A DNA stretch of 64,000 nt from Escherichia phage ECP2301: sequence record OR880646.1; one strand, given 5' to 3'. The notes below the pieces were generated by a model. It made no database searches. It worked only from the letters and a program-made list of their open reading frames with translations, and was not told the DNA's origin. Positions within the stretch are counted from its first letter, which is position 1. Every line of letters starts with the position of its first letter. Below are positions 1 through 11,039 of the stretch, piece by piece. Both the position numbers and the translations under genes were made by a program.

Positions 1-621
1 TACAAGTATCAGTATGACAAATATAATGATGTAAATCGTTGGGTTCCATTAGCAGCTGATATTGCTGGTTTATGCGCGAGAACAGATAACGTTTCTCAGA
101 CTTGGATGTCCCCAGCTGGTTATAATCGTGGCCAAATTTTGAACGTTATTAAACTTGCTATTGAAACTCGCCAGGCGCAGCGCGACCGTTTATACCAAGA
201 AGCTATCAACCCAGTAACTGGTACAGGTGGTGATGGTTACGTATTGTATGGTGATAAAACAGCTACTTCTGTTCCTTCTCCATTTGATCGTATTAACGTT
301 CGTCGTCTGTTTAATATGTTGAAAACGAATATCGGACGTAGTTCAAAATATCGTTTATTCGAATTAAACAACGCGTTTACTCGTTCATCGTTCCGCACAG
401 AAACTTCCCAGTACTTGCAGGGAATTAAAGCTCTCGGTGGAATTTATGAATATCGTGTAGTTTGCGATACAACAAATAACACTCCGTCAGTAATTGATAG
501 AAATGAGTTTGTTGCAACATTCTACATCCAACCGGCTAGAAGCATTAACTACATTACCTTAAACTTCGTAGCAACTGCTACTGGTGCAGATTTCGATGAG
601 TTAACTGGTCTTGCAGGTTAA
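1..621 (+). CDS. 18: tail sheath protein, C-terminal part (5' end lies outside window)
   Basis: Frame 1 is open from base 1 to TAA at 619-621; position directly upstream of tail tube gene 19 as in T4. Confidence 0.85.
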   Translation, partial: YKYQYDKYNDVNRWVPLAADIAGLCARTDNVSQTWMSPAGYNRGQILNVIKLAIETRQAQRDRLYQEAINPVTGTGGDGYVLYGDKTATSVPSPFDRINVRRLFNMLKTNIGRSSKYRLFELNNAFTRSSFRTETSQYLQGIKALGGIYEYRVVCDTTNNTPSVIDRNEFVATFYIQPARSINYITLNFVATATGADFDELTGLAG

Positions 622-656
622 TACGGTGCATTCTAAAGGCCTGTTTCGGCAGGCCA

Positions 657-664
657 TATAAATA
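657..664 (+). promoter_or_regulatory. late promoter TATAAATA
   Basis: exact TATAAATA after gene 18, preceded by UUCG-loop hairpin 638-655. Confidence 0.6.
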
Positions 665-715
665 CACTATATCCTTAATTCTTTAATTCTATATGCCCTA
701 GGTTAAACATAGGGA

Positions 716-723
716 TATAAATA
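716..723 (+). promoter_or_regulatory. late promoter TATAAATA for gene 19
   Basis: exact TATAAATA 15 nt upstream of gene 19 ATG. Confidence 0.7.
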
Positions 724-737
724 CTACAGAGGCTAAT

Positions 738-1229
738 ATGTTTGTAGATGATGTAACACGAGCGTTTGAATCTGGTGATTTTGCTCGACCTAACTTATTC
801 CAAGTAGAAATTTCTTATCTTGGACAAAATTTTACGTTTCAATGTAAAGCCACTGCTTTACCAGCTGGCATTGTAGAAAAAATTCCAGTCGGATTCATGA
901 ACCGTAAAATTAACGTAGCAGGCGATCGTACATTCGATGACTGGACTGTTACAGTAATGAACGATGAGGCACATGATGCTCGCCAGAAGTTTGTTGATTG
1001 GCAAAGCATTGCTGCTGGGCAAGGGAACGAAATTACTGGTGGAAAACCAGCAGAATATAAAAAGAGCGCTGTTGTTCGCCAATATGCTCGTGACGCTAAA
1101 ACTGTAACAAAAGAAGTCGAAATTAAAGGCCTGTGGCCTACTAACGTGGGTGAACTTCAATTAGATTGGGATTCAAACAATGAAATCCAAACCTTTGAAG
1201 TAACTCTTGCTCTCGATTATTGGGAATAA
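738..1229 (+). CDS. 19: tail tube protein
   Basis: 163 aa, ATG with AGAGG SD, late promoter upstream; length and position match T4 gp19. Confidence 0.9.
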   Translation: MFVDDVTRAFESGDFARPNLFQVEISYLGQNFTFQCKATALPAGIVEKIPVGFMNRKINVAGDRTFDDWTVTVMNDEAHDARQKFVDWQSIAAGQGNEITGGKPAEYKKSAVVRQYARDAKTVTKEVEIKGLWPTNVGELQLDWDSNNEIQTFEVTLALDYWE

Positions 1230-1261
1230 AATGAATGGGGAGAAATCCCCATCCTGCTTAA

Positions 1262-2886
<1,625 letters not shown>

Positions 2887-2887
<1 letters not shown>

Positions 2888-3144
2888 TGGAAGGTTTAAT
2901 TGAAGCTATTAAATCAAACGACCTCGTAGCCGCTCGTAAATTCTTTGCTGAAGCCATGGCTGCAAGAACGATTGATTTAATTAAAGAAGAAAAAATCGCT
3001 ATCGCTCGTAATTTCTTAATCGAAGGTGAAGAACCCGATGATGAGGATGATGAAGACGAGGATGATGACGAAGATAGCGATGATAAAGACGACAAAAAAG
3101 ACAAAGACTCTGACGAAGATGACGAAGACGAGGATGATGAATAA
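2887..3144 (+). CDS. 67: prohead core protein with acidic D/E-rich C-terminal tail
   Basis: 85 aa, TAATG overlap with gene 20 stop; poly-Asp/Glu tail; position between 20 and 68. Confidence 0.85.
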
Positions 3145-3569
3145 TGCTTCTGATCCCTGAAACTCATGAATTAGTTCTCGAGAATGTCGAAGCACTTATT
3201 CCTGAAGCACAGGGTCGCTTTGACGAATTGTCTTCTGCTTTAAATAAAGACGATATAAATACAATTGTCGAGAATATGCTTGATGATGAAACTGATTTAG
3301 CAATTGCATTAGCTTCTATTAATGAAGATATGCCGCTAAACGAATTCATCGTTAAACATGTTTCTGCTCGTGGTGAAATTACACGTACCAAAGACCGCAA
3401 AACGCGTGAACGTAATGCATTTCAAACCACCGGGCTGTCTAAAGCAAAACGTAGACAAATTGCTCGCAAAGCTACCAAAACGAAGATTGCCAATCCAGCA
3501 GGTCAATCTCGTGCTCAGCGTAAGCGTAAAAAAGCTCTTAAACGCCGTAAAGCATTAGGATTAAGCTAA
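3144..3569 (+). CDS. 68: prohead core protein
   Basis: 141 aa, TAATG overlap; position and length as T4 gp68. Confidence 0.8.
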   Translation: MLLIPETHELVLENVEALIPEAQGRFDELSSALNKDDINTIVENMLDDETDLAIALASINEDMPLNEFIVKHVSARGEITRTKDRKTRERNAFQTTGLSKAKRRQIARKATKTKIANPAGQSRAQRKRKKALKRRKALGLS

Positions 3570-4207
3570 TGAATGAACCCCAATTACTAATTGAAACTTG
3601 GGGTCAACCTGGCGAAATTATTGATGGCGTGCCAATGCTTGAATCTCATGATGGAAAAGACCTCGGTTTAAAACCTGGTTTATACATCGAAGGAATATTC
3701 ATGCAAGCGGAAGTCGTCAATAGAAATAAACGTCTTTATCCAAAACGCATATTAGAAAAAGCGGTAAAAGACTATATCAATGAGCAAGTTTTAACTAAAC
3801 AAGCTCTCGGAGAATTAAATCATCCTCCACGCGCTAATGTTGACCCAATGCAAGCCGCTATCATTATAGAAGATATGTGGTGGAAAGGAAATGACGTATA
3901 CGGACGAGCTCGTGTTATTGAAGGTGACCATGGTCCTGGAGATAAATTAGCAGCTAATATTCGTGCCGGATGGATTCCAGGAGTTTCTTCTCGTGGATTA
4001 GGTTCATTGACTGACACAAATAAAGGTTATCGTATCGTAAACGAAGGATTCAAATTAACTGTAGGTGTTGATGCAGTATGGGGTCCAAGTGCTCCAGATG
4101 CATGGGTAACTCCTAAGGAAATTACCGAATCACAGACGGCGGAAGCCGATACAAGTGCCGATGACGCCTATATGGCTCTCGCAGAGGCCATGAAAAAAGC
4201 GTTATAA
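3569..4207 (+). CDS. 21: prohead core scaffold protein and protease
   Basis: 212 aa; position and length as T4 gp21. Confidence 0.9.
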   Translation: MNEPQLLIETWGQPGEIIDGVPMLESHDGKDLGLKPGLYIEGIFMQAEVVNRNKRLYPKRILEKAVKDYINEQVLTKQALGELNHPPRANVDPMQAAIIIEDMWWKGNDVYGRARVIEGDHGPGDKLAANIRAGWIPGVSSRGLGSLTDTNKGYRIVNEGFKLTVGVDAVWGPSAPDAWVTPKEITESQTAEADTSADDAYMALAEAMKKAL

Positions 4208-4210
4208 ATA
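4203..4210 (+). promoter_or_regulatory. late promoter TATAAATA for gene 22
   Basis: exact TATAAATA overlapping gene 21 stop. Confidence 0.7.
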
Positions 4211-4237
4211 TTATTATCTAAACAACAGGACTACAAA

Positions 4238-5047
4238 ATGCTTAAAGAACAACTGATTGCTGAAGCGCAAAAAATTGATGCTTCCGTTGCTCTTGATAGT
4301 ATTTTCGAATCAGTTAATATTTCTCCGGAAGCAAAAGAAACTTTCGGCACTGTATTCGAAGCTACCGTCAAGCAGCACGCCGTTAAATTAGCTGAATCTC
4401 ATATCGCTAAAATTGCTGAAAAAGCAGAAGAAGAAGTAGAAAAAAATAAAGAAGAAGCCGAAGAAAAAGCTGAGAAGAAAATCGCTGAGCAAGCTTCTAA
4501 ATTCATCGACCATCTTGCAAAAGAATGGCTCGCTGAAAATAAATTAGCAGTTGATAAAGGCATCAAAGCCGAACTGTTTGAATCCATGCTTGGTGGATTA
4601 AAAGAGCTCTTTGTTGAACACAACGTTGTTGTTCCAGAAGAATCAGTTGATGTTGTAGCTGAAATGGAAGAAGAGCTGCAAGAACATAAAGAAGAATCAG
4701 CTCGTCTGTTCGAAGAACTCAATAAGCGTGACGCATATATCAATTATGTGCAGCGTGAAGTGGCATTGAGCGAAAGTACTAAAGATCTGACTGAGTCTCA
4801 AAAAGAAAAAGTCTCTGCTCTGGTCGAAGGTATGGATTATTCAGATGCATTCTCAAGTAAATTGAGTGCCATCGTAGAAATGGTGAAGAAGTCTAATAAA
4901 GATGAAAGCACTATTACTGAGGGTATAAATACTCCTGATACTGAAGCAGCCGGACTGAATTTCGTCACTGAAGCTGTAGAAGATAAAGCTGCACCTGGTG
5001 CAGAAGATATTGTAAGTGTATATGCGAAAGTCGCATCTCGTTTCTAA
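4238..5047 (+). CDS. 22: prohead core scaffold protein
   Basis: 269 aa, E/K-rich helical composition; late promoter at 4203-4210. Confidence 0.9.
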   Translation: MLKEQLIAEAQKIDASVALDSIFESVNISPEAKETFGTVFEATVKQHAVKLAESHIAKIAEKAEEEVEKNKEEAEEKAEKKIAEQASKFIDHLAKEWLAENKLAVDKGIKAELFESMLGGLKELFVEHNVVVPEESVDVVAEMEEELQEHKEESARLFEELNKRDAYINYVQREVALSESTKDLTESQKEKVSALVEGMDYSDAFSSKLSAIVEMVKKSNKDESTITEGINTPDTEAAGLNFVTEAVEDKAAPGAEDIVSVYAKVASRF

Positions 5048-5065
5048 TTTTAAAGGTTAACACAA

Positions 5066-6631
5066 ATGACTATCAAAACTAAAGCTGAACTTTTGAACAA
5101 ATGGAAGCCATTACTGGAAGGTGAAGGTTTACCGGAAATTGCTAATAGCAAACAAGCGATTATCGCTAAAATCTTTGAAAACCAGGAAAAAGATTTCCAG
5201 ACAGCTCCAGAATACAAAGACGAAAAAATCGCTCAGGCGTTTGGTTCTTTCTTAACAGAAGCTGAAATCGGTGGTGACCACGGTTACAACGCTACTAACA
5301 TCGCTGCTGGTCAGACTTCTGGCGCAGTAACTCAGATTGGCCCAGCTGTTATGGGTATGGTACGTCGTGCTATTCCTAACCTGATTGCTTTCGATATTTG
5401 CGGTGTTCAGCCGATGAACAGCCCGACTGGCCAGGTATTTGCACTGCGCGCAGTATATGGTAAAGACCCAATCGCTGCCGGTGCTAAAGAAGCATTCCAC
5501 CCAATGTATGGTCCAGATGCAATGTTCTCTGGTCAGGGTGCTGCTAAGAAATTCCCAGCTCTGGCTGCTAGTACACAAACCGTTGTAGGTGATATCTATA
5601 CTCACTTCTTCCAGGAAACTGGTACTGTGTATCTGCAAGCTTCCGCTGTAGTAACAATCGATGCTAGTGCTAACGATGCAACTAAATTAGATGCTGAAAT
5701 TAAGAAACAAATGGAAGCTGGTGTACTGGTAGAAATCGCTGAAGGTATGGCTACTTCTATCGCTGAACTTCAGGAAGGTTTCAACGGTTCTACCGATAAC
5801 CCATGGAATGAAATGGGCTTCCGTATCGATAAACAAGTTATCGAAGCTAAATCTCGTCAGCTGAAAGCTGCTTACTCTATCGAATTAGCACAAGACCTCC
5901 GCGCTGTTCACGGTATGGATGCTGATGCTGAACTGTCTGGTATTCTGGCTACCGAAATCATGCTGGAAATCAACCGTGAAGTTGTTGATTGGATTAACTA
6001 CTCAGCTCAGGTTGGTAAATCTGGTATGACCCTGACTCCGGGTTCTAAAGCTGGTGTATTTGACTTCCAGGATCCGATTGATATTCGTGGTGCTCGCTGG
6101 GCGGGTGAATCCTTTAAAGCTCTGTTGTTCCAGATTGACAAAGAAGCAGTTGAAATTGCTCGTCAGACCGGTCGTGGTGAAGGTAACTTCATTATCGCTT
6201 CCCGTAACGTAGTTAACGTTCTGGCTTCAGTTGATACTGGCATTTCTTATGCTGCACAGGGTCTGGCTACCGGCTTTAACACTGATACTACCAAGTCAGT
6301 ATTTGCTGGTGTTCTGGGTGGTAAATACCGTGTATATATCGACCAGTATGCTAAACAGGATTATTTCACTGTAGGTTATAAAGGTCCGAACGAAATGGAT
6401 GCTGGTATTTACTACGCTCCATATGTAGCTCTGACTCCGCTGCGTGGTTCCGATCCGAAGAACTTCCAACCAGTAATGGGATTCAAAACTCGTTACGGTA
6501 TCGGTATCAACCCATTTGCAGAATCCGCTGCTCAGGCTCCGGCTTCTCGCATCCAGAGCGGTATGCCTTCTATTCTGAATAGCCTTGGTAAAAACGCTTA
6601 CTTCCGCCGTGTATATGTTAAAGGTATCTAA
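5066..6631 (+). CDS. 23: major capsid protein
   Basis: 521 aa, N-terminus MTIKTKAELLNKWKPLLEGEG recognised as T4 gp23; strong terminator follows. Confidence 0.97.
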   Translation: MTIKTKAELLNKWKPLLEGEGLPEIANSKQAIIAKIFENQEKDFQTAPEYKDEKIAQAFGSFLTEAEIGGDHGYNATNIAAGQTSGAVTQIGPAVMGMVRRAIPNLIAFDICGVQPMNSPTGQVFALRAVYGKDPIAAGAKEAFHPMYGPDAMFSGQGAAKKFPALAASTQTVVGDIYTHFFQETGTVYLQASAVVTIDASANDATKLDAEIKKQMEAGVLVEIAEGMATSIAELQEGFNGSTDNPWNEMGFRIDKQVIEAKSRQLKAAYSIELAQDLRAVHGMDADAELSGILATEIMLEINREVVDWINYSAQVGKSGMTLTPGSKAGVFDFQDPIDIRGARWAGESFKALLFQIDKEAVEIARQTGRGEGNFIIASRNVVNVLASVDTGISYAAQGLATGFNTDTTKSVFAGVLGGKYRVYIDQYAKQDYFTVGYKGPNEMDAGIYYAPYVALTPLRGSDPKNFQPVMGFKTRYGIGINPFAESAAQAPASRIQSGMPSILNSLGKNAYFRRVYVKGI

Positions 6632-6646
6632 TCTTTGACGATTTAA

Positions 6647-6676
6647 GGGACCTTCGGGTCCCTTTAGTTGTTTTTA
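6647..6676 (+). terminator. rho-independent terminator after gene 23
   Basis: GGGACC-TTCG-GGTCCC hairpin then T-rich run. Confidence 0.8.
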
Positions 6677-6679
6677 TGG

Positions 6680-6687
6680 TATAAATA
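6680..6687 (+). promoter_or_regulatory. late promoter TATAAATA for gene 24
   Basis: exact TATAAATA between terminator and gene 24. Confidence 0.75.
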
Positions 6688-6714
6688 AATCATATAAACC
6701 AAAAGGAAAGCGCA

Positions 6715-7998
6715 ATGGCTAAAATCAACGAACTTCTGCGCGAATCAACCACAACGAATAGCAACTCAATCGGTCGCCCAAATCTCGTTGCTTTGACTCG
6801 CGCTACCACTAAATTAATATATTCTGACATTGTAGCAACGCAAAGAACTAATCAACCTGTTGCTGCTTTTTATGGTATCAAATACCTTAACCCGGATAAC
6901 GAATTTACATTTAAAACTGGTGCTACTTACGCTGGCGAAGCTGGATACGTAGACCGAGAACAAATCACAGAATTAACAGAAGAGTCTAAATTAACTCTCA
7001 ATAAAGGCGATTTATTCAAATATAATAATATCGTTTATAAAGTATTAGAAGATACACCATTTGCTGATATTGAAGAAAGCGATTTAGAATTAGCTCTTCA
7101 GATTGCAATCGTTCTTTTAAAGGTTCGTCTATTTTCTGATGCTGCAGTAACAAGCAAATTTGAAAGCTCTGATAGTGAAATTGCGGATGCTAGATTCCAG
7201 ATTAATAAATGGCAAACCGCAGTTAAATCTCGTAAACTTAAAACTGGCATCACAGTTGAATTAGCACAAGATTTAGAAGCAAATGGATTCGATGCTCCTA
7301 ATTTCTTGGAAGATTTGCTTGCAACCGAAATGGCGGATGAAATCAATAAAGATATTCTGCAGTCTTTGATTACAGTGTCAAAACGCTATAAAGTTACAGG
7401 AATTACTGATACTGGATTCATTGATTTGAGTTATGCATCTGCACCTGAAGCTGGTCGTTCATTATACCGAATGGTATGTGAAATGGTTTCACATATCCAG
7501 AAAGAATCAACTTATACAGCAACGTTCTGTGTTGCTTCAGCTCGTGCCGCTGCGATTCTTGCTGCATCAGGTTGGTTAAAACATAAACCAGAAGATGACA
7601 AATATCTTTCACAAAATGCCTACGGGTTCTTAGCTAATGGTTTACCGCTTTATTGCGATACCAACAGCCCATTAGATTATGTAATCGTTGGCGTAGTAGA
7701 AAATATCGGTGAAAAAGAAATTGTTGGGTCAATTTTCTATGCTCCGTATACAGAAGGTCTTGACTTAGATGACCCTGAACATGTAGGTGCATTTAAAGTT
7801 GTAGTTGATCCAGAAAGTTTGCAGCCATCTATCGGTTTATTAGTTAGATATGCTTTATCTGCAAATCCTTACACTGTAGCAAAAGATGAAAAAGAAGCAA
7901 GAGTAATTGATGGTGGAGACATGGATAAAATGGCGGGTCGTTCAGATTTGTCTGTTTTATTAGGTGTTAAGCTACCAAAAATTATCATTGATGAATAA
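6715..7998 (+). CDS. 24: capsid vertex protein
   Basis: 427 aa, paralogue-like relation to gp23 region; late promoter 6680-6687. Confidence 0.95.
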   Translation: MAKINELLRESTTTNSNSIGRPNLVALTRATTKLIYSDIVATQRTNQPVAAFYGIKYLNPDNEFTFKTGATYAGEAGYVDREQITELTEESKLTLNKGDLFKYNNIVYKVLEDTPFADIEESDLELALQIAIVLLKVRLFSDAAVTSKFESSDSEIADARFQINKWQTAVKSRKLKTGITVELAQDLEANGFDAPNFLEDLLATEMADEINKDILQSLITVSKRYKVTGITDTGFIDLSYASAPEAGRSLYRMVCEMVSHIQKESTYTATFCVASARAAAILAASGWLKHKPEDDKYLSQNAYGFLANGLPLYCDTNSPLDYVIVGVVENIGEKEIVGSIFYAPYTEGLDLDDPEHVGAFKVVVDPESLQPSIGLLVRYALSANPYTVAKDEKEARVIDGGDMDKMAGRSDLSVLLGVKLPKIIIDE

Positions 7999-8004
7999 AA
8001 CAAA

Positions 8005-8025
8005 GGGACCGAAAGGTCCCTTTTT
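8005..8025. terminator. bidirectional terminator between gene 24 and rnlB
   Basis: GGGACC-GAAA-GGTCCC hairpin flanked by A-run and T-run. Confidence 0.8.
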
Positions 8026-8027
8026 AT

Positions 8028-9032
8028 TTAACTTACCAATTCAATCCAAGCCGGACGAAGTACATCTTGTACCATTTTAACTAATTCCTTCTTAATCAAA
8101 GAAGGATTATCCGCTTGAGTTAGAGTAATACCTTCACGAGAAGTTTCTTCCAAAATATCTTGAACCGTTAGTCCCATCACCTTTCCAAAATCTTTTGGAC
8201 CAATTTCACCAATTTTAGAAATAACATTATTTACTCGGTTCAGTGTAACATAACAAGCTAAAATTCCCAGCAATTTATTATCAGCTTCTGACAGTTCAAC
8301 TTTAGCTTTAATAGGCTTATCAGACTTTTTCTTTTCGCTAAATTTAGAGTTCTTGCATTTGATAGCTACGCGATTGCCATTAGGCAGCCAAGAAGGATAA
8401 CAAGGTTTCAATACATATCCTTCAGCGGTAAATACTTCGCCTTTTGCTTCAGCATTCCAAACGCATTTATTTGCATCAACTAATCCAGCATGGTCTACCG
8501 TAAAATTATAATCCTGTACGACAGAATCTAAATCATTTGGCAATTTAATCAGCTCTTCAAATTTACCGCGACCTAAAAGTGGAGCCACTTTAAATTTAAA
8601 TGTATTGCAGAATGATTCCATCATATAATCATCGACATAAGTCACATCACCACTTTCTGTAGTAACAATAATGTCAAATACATAAAAATCTTTATCGCCA
8701 TAATCGACATTCTTCTGAATGCCAGGTCCAGCGAATTCGCCAAAAACTTGATAAGATACAACCGCTGAAGTTTCCATAATATCTTGTACTGCTTTAATGG
8801 AATCAGCGTAATTCTTTAAAACAATTTCATACCCAAAGAAATCTTCAGCAGGAAGAATAGGACCAGTGCGTTTAGCACAAGTTACTTTATCACGCTCAAT
8901 AATCAATGAGAAATTTGTGCCATGAATCTTTTCACGAGCTACCCATTCGCCGCCAGTCAATCCTAAACTGTAAAGTTTTTCAATAAATTTAGAGTTGTAA
9001 TGATTTTCAAGACTGCTATACTTTTTAAACAT
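8028..9032 (-). CDS. rnlB: RNA ligase 2
   Basis: 334 aa; nucleotidyltransferase lysine motif KIHGTN near N-terminus; length as T4 Rnl2. Confidence 0.9.
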   Translation of the reverse strand: MFKKYSSLENHYNSKFIEKLYSLGLTGGEWVAREKIHGTNFSLIIERDKVTCAKRTGPILPAEDFFGYEIVLKNYADSIKAVQDIMETSAVVSYQVFGEFAGPGIQKNVDYGDKDFYVFDIIVTTESGDVTYVDDYMMESFCNTFKFKVAPLLGRGKFEELIKLPNDLDSVVQDYNFTVDHAGLVDANKCVWNAEAKGEVFTAEGYVLKPCYPSWLPNGNRVAIKCKNSKFSEKKKSDKPIKAKVELSEADNKLLGILACYVTLNRVNNVISKIGEIGPKDFGKVMGLTVQDILEETSREGITLTQADNPSLIKKELVKMVQDVLRPAWIELVS

Positions 9033-9041
9033 AATTAATCC

Positions 9042-9320
9042 TCAAAATGTAATTTCTAACCAATCACCATCACGCTGATCACTATTGACTTTAAAGCTAA
9101 ATCCTTCTTTTCTCAGCCAATCACCAATTTCTTCAGTAATCAATTTATCGCGAGCAGTACAATAATAACTAAAATATGTTTTACCTTGTTCAGCTGCTTT
9201 ATTAGCAAGTTCCGAAAAATCTTTAATAAAACACTCTAGCTTAAACTGTTTACTTTTAAGTGCTTTTTCACGTAATTGATTAGCAAAAGATTCATTTTCA
9301 TAAAGATCATACTGTTCCAT
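9042..9320 (-). CDS. hypothetical protein (positional equivalent of T4 24.3)
   Basis: 92 aa ORF between rnlB and hoc. Confidence 0.6.
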   Translation of the reverse strand: MEQYDLYENESFANQLREKALKSKQFKLECFIKDFSELANKAAEQGKTYFSYYCTARDKLITEEIGDWLRKEGFSFKVNSDQRDGDWLEITF

Positions 9321-9522
9321 TTTTCACCTTTTTATTAATATGCCTTTTTCTATAGACAACTTTTTCTCGAGTTTCAAATTTATTCTTAGCAGTCATAGCT
9401 CGAGCCCATAATACAGCCACTTCCTTTGCCTGTAAGTTCAATTCACGAGCAATTTCAATGAATGACTTTCCAGACTCATGAAGAGTAAACACCACAACCT
9501 CAGTTCTCATAATCAATCTCAT
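9307..9522 (-). CDS. hypothetical small basic protein (positional equivalent of T4 24.2)
   Basis: 71 aa ORF, overlaps next ORF by 14 nt; start codon not verified. Confidence 0.5.
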   Translation of the reverse strand: MRLIMRTEVVVFTLHESGKSFIEIARELNLQAKEVAVLWARAMTAKNKFETREKVVYRKRHINKKVKNGTV

Positions 9523-9589
9523 GTTATCGAGTTGGTGCCATTATATACATCATTTTCTGAGTGTGTTTTGTGTGCTTTCAAAATGAAGA

Positions 9590-9607
9590 AAGGGGCCGAA
9601 GCCCCTT
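9590..9607 (-). terminator. hairpin downstream of hoc
   Basis: AAGGGGC-CGAA-GCCCCTT. Confidence 0.55.
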
Positions 9608-9611
9608 ATGA

Positions 9612-11030
9612 TTATGGATAGGTATAGATGATACCAGTTTCTAAAGCAGTTTTATGAATGATGTATCCATTACGTGATTCTTGAACATCAACTTCTGGAT
9701 AGTCTTTCATCATCTTCTGAAGGGTGTAACGATGCAGGTAGTATTTACTATCTGGATCTTCAGTTTTCCAATCTTTACCTTCTTCGGTCATTTTTTGGAT
9801 TTCATCCATAACCCACCAGCCGCACCAGATATAAGCCGAAGTACGATGTGGAAGAGGATGAACATAAGGCAATTCACCTTCTGGTTCTGGAGCAACTTTA
9901 TCAGTTACCTGAACTTGACCTTCTGCTGTGATAGTTTTGCTATCATAATCAGTAGCAGTAACAGTTGCAGTAACTTCAATAGTTTGACTTCCAATAGATG
10001 ATGTATCAACGGTGTATACATTAGTTGACCCTTCTACTGGAGAAGAATCTTTCTTCCATGAATATTCAATTTGAGCTTCTTCTGGAGCATCAGTGACATT
10101 AGCAGTAAATGTAGCCGAAGCATCTTGCTGAACGTTAATAGAAGGAGGAGTCAATGTAACCTGTGGATTCATTGTCTTCTTATTAACTGTTAATGATACT
10201 TCATTAGAAGTAACTTCCTTTTCATTGTAATTTTCTGCAGTTACTTGAGCTACACACTTAACTGTTTTAGCTCCAACTGTGGTAGGAGTATAGTTAAATG
10301 TAGTAGTAGTTTCTCCATCGACCAGAGAACCGTCAACATACCACTGATACGTAGCAGACGCTCCTGGTGGCTGTGAAGCCAAGGCAGCAGTAAATTGAAC
10401 TGGGGTTCCAATTACCCCGGCAGCAGGATTAGCAGGAGTTACGGCTAACGTAGTTGTCTGTGTCTTCTTATTAACTGTTAATGACACTTCATTAGAAGTA
10501 ACTTCCTTTGCATCATAATCTGCCGCAGTTACTTGAGCTACGCACTTAATTGTTTTAACTCCGCTTGTGTCAGGAGTGTAATTGAATGTAGCGTCAGTTG
10601 CTTCGCTTACAGGAGAACCGTCAACGTGCCATTGATACGTAGCAGATGCACCTGATGGCTGTGAAGCTAAGGCAGCGGTAAATTCAATTGGAGTTCCAAT
10701 CACTCCAGCATCAGGGCTACCAGGAGTTACAGCTAAAGTAGTTGTCTGTGTCTTATTTTGAACTGTGATAGTTGTACTAATTTCTGCTGTTTCAGGTTCA
10801 GATTCTGCAACTTGATTGGTTGCAACGACTTTAATAGTCTTTTGACCGGCAGGTCCTTTTAGTACATAACTAAAAGTTGCTGACGTTTCTTCCTGCGGAG
10901 CGTCGTCTACAGTCCAAGCATATGTAATAGGTCCATCTCCAGTTTGACCACTGGGTGTAGCAGTAAACTGCTGAGTCTGATCTATAACTCCAGTAGGTGT
11001 TTTAGGAGTTATATCAACTGTAAAAGTCAT
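9612..11030 (-). CDS. hoc: highly immunogenic outer capsid protein Hoc, with four Ig-like repeats
   Basis: 472 aa; internal tandem ~96 aa repeats (ATYQW[HY]VDGS...KCVAQVTA...EVTSNEVSLTVNKKT); position between rnlB cluster and inh. Confidence 0.85.
   Translation of the reverse strand: MTFTVDITPKTPTGVIDQTQQFTATPSGQTGDGPITYAWTVDDAPQEETSATFSYVLKGPAGQKTIKVVATNQVAESEPETAEISTTITVQNKTQTTTLAVTPGSPDAGVIGTPIEFTAALASQPSGASATYQWHVDGSPVSEATDATFNYTPDTSGVKTIKCVAQVTAADYDAKEVTSNEVSLTVNKKTQTTTLAVTPANPAAGVIGTPVQFTAALASQPPGASATYQWYVDGSLVDGETTTTFNYTPTTVGAKTVKCVAQVTAENYNEKEVTSNEVSLTVNKKTMNPQVTLTPPSINVQQDASATFTANVTDAPEEAQIEYSWKKDSSPVEGSTNVYTVDTSSIGSQTIEVTATVTATDYDSKTITAEGQVQVTDKVAPEPEGELPYVHPLPHRTSAYIWCGWWVMDEIQKMTEEGKDWKTEDPDSKYYLHRYTLQKMMKDYPEVDVQESRNGYIIHKTALETGIIYTYP
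10173..10748 (-). repeat. two tandem 288 bp coding repeats inside hoc (Ig-like domain duplication)
   Basis: units 10173-10460 and 10461-10748 visibly similar at nucleotide level (~80% by eye). Confidence 0.8.
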
Positions 11031-11039
11031 AAGTTATCC

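Noticed and set aside
858-1160. Antisense or alternative-frame ORFs inside well-supported genes (858-1160, 2419-2610, 3164-3400, 3358-3558, 3820-4017, 4399-4743, 5252-5638, 7098-7346, 7418-7612, 9681-10001, 11130-11483, 11413-11706, 12325-12582, 17156-17350, 17753-17992, 18363-18545, 19448-19756, 19734-19952, 20469-20807, 21473-21655, 22671-22898, 25630-26054, 28116-28313, 28555-28743, 29241-29465, 30608-30853, 32204-32413, 32581-32902, 33641-33913, 34935-35135, 35908-36290, 36579-36785, 37666-37878, 37955-38383, 40028-40364, 41021-41227, 41300-41668, 42472-42693, 46067-46300, 46813-47076, 46821-47027, 47378-47857, 47897-48142, 49622-50205, 50327-50524, 51873-52106, 54037-54376, 56138-56368, 56851-57468, 57815-58165, 59346-60015, 60804-60986, 63115-63297)
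   Set aside because: Each is fully embedded in, or antisense to, a longer ORF with recognisable function, conserved position and a proper translation start.
9523-9611. Possible sigma-70 or MotA-type promoter (TTGAAA ... TATATAAT, and TGCTTTC on + strand)
   Set aside because: Spacing between TTGAAA and the -10 is ~30 nt; the TGCTT motif is on the wrong strand and its seventh base deviates from the MotA box.
10173-10748. Tandem repeats considered as a possible CRISPR or satellite array
   Set aside because: Units are 288 bp, coding and in frame within hoc; no short direct repeats with spacers exist anywhere in the window.
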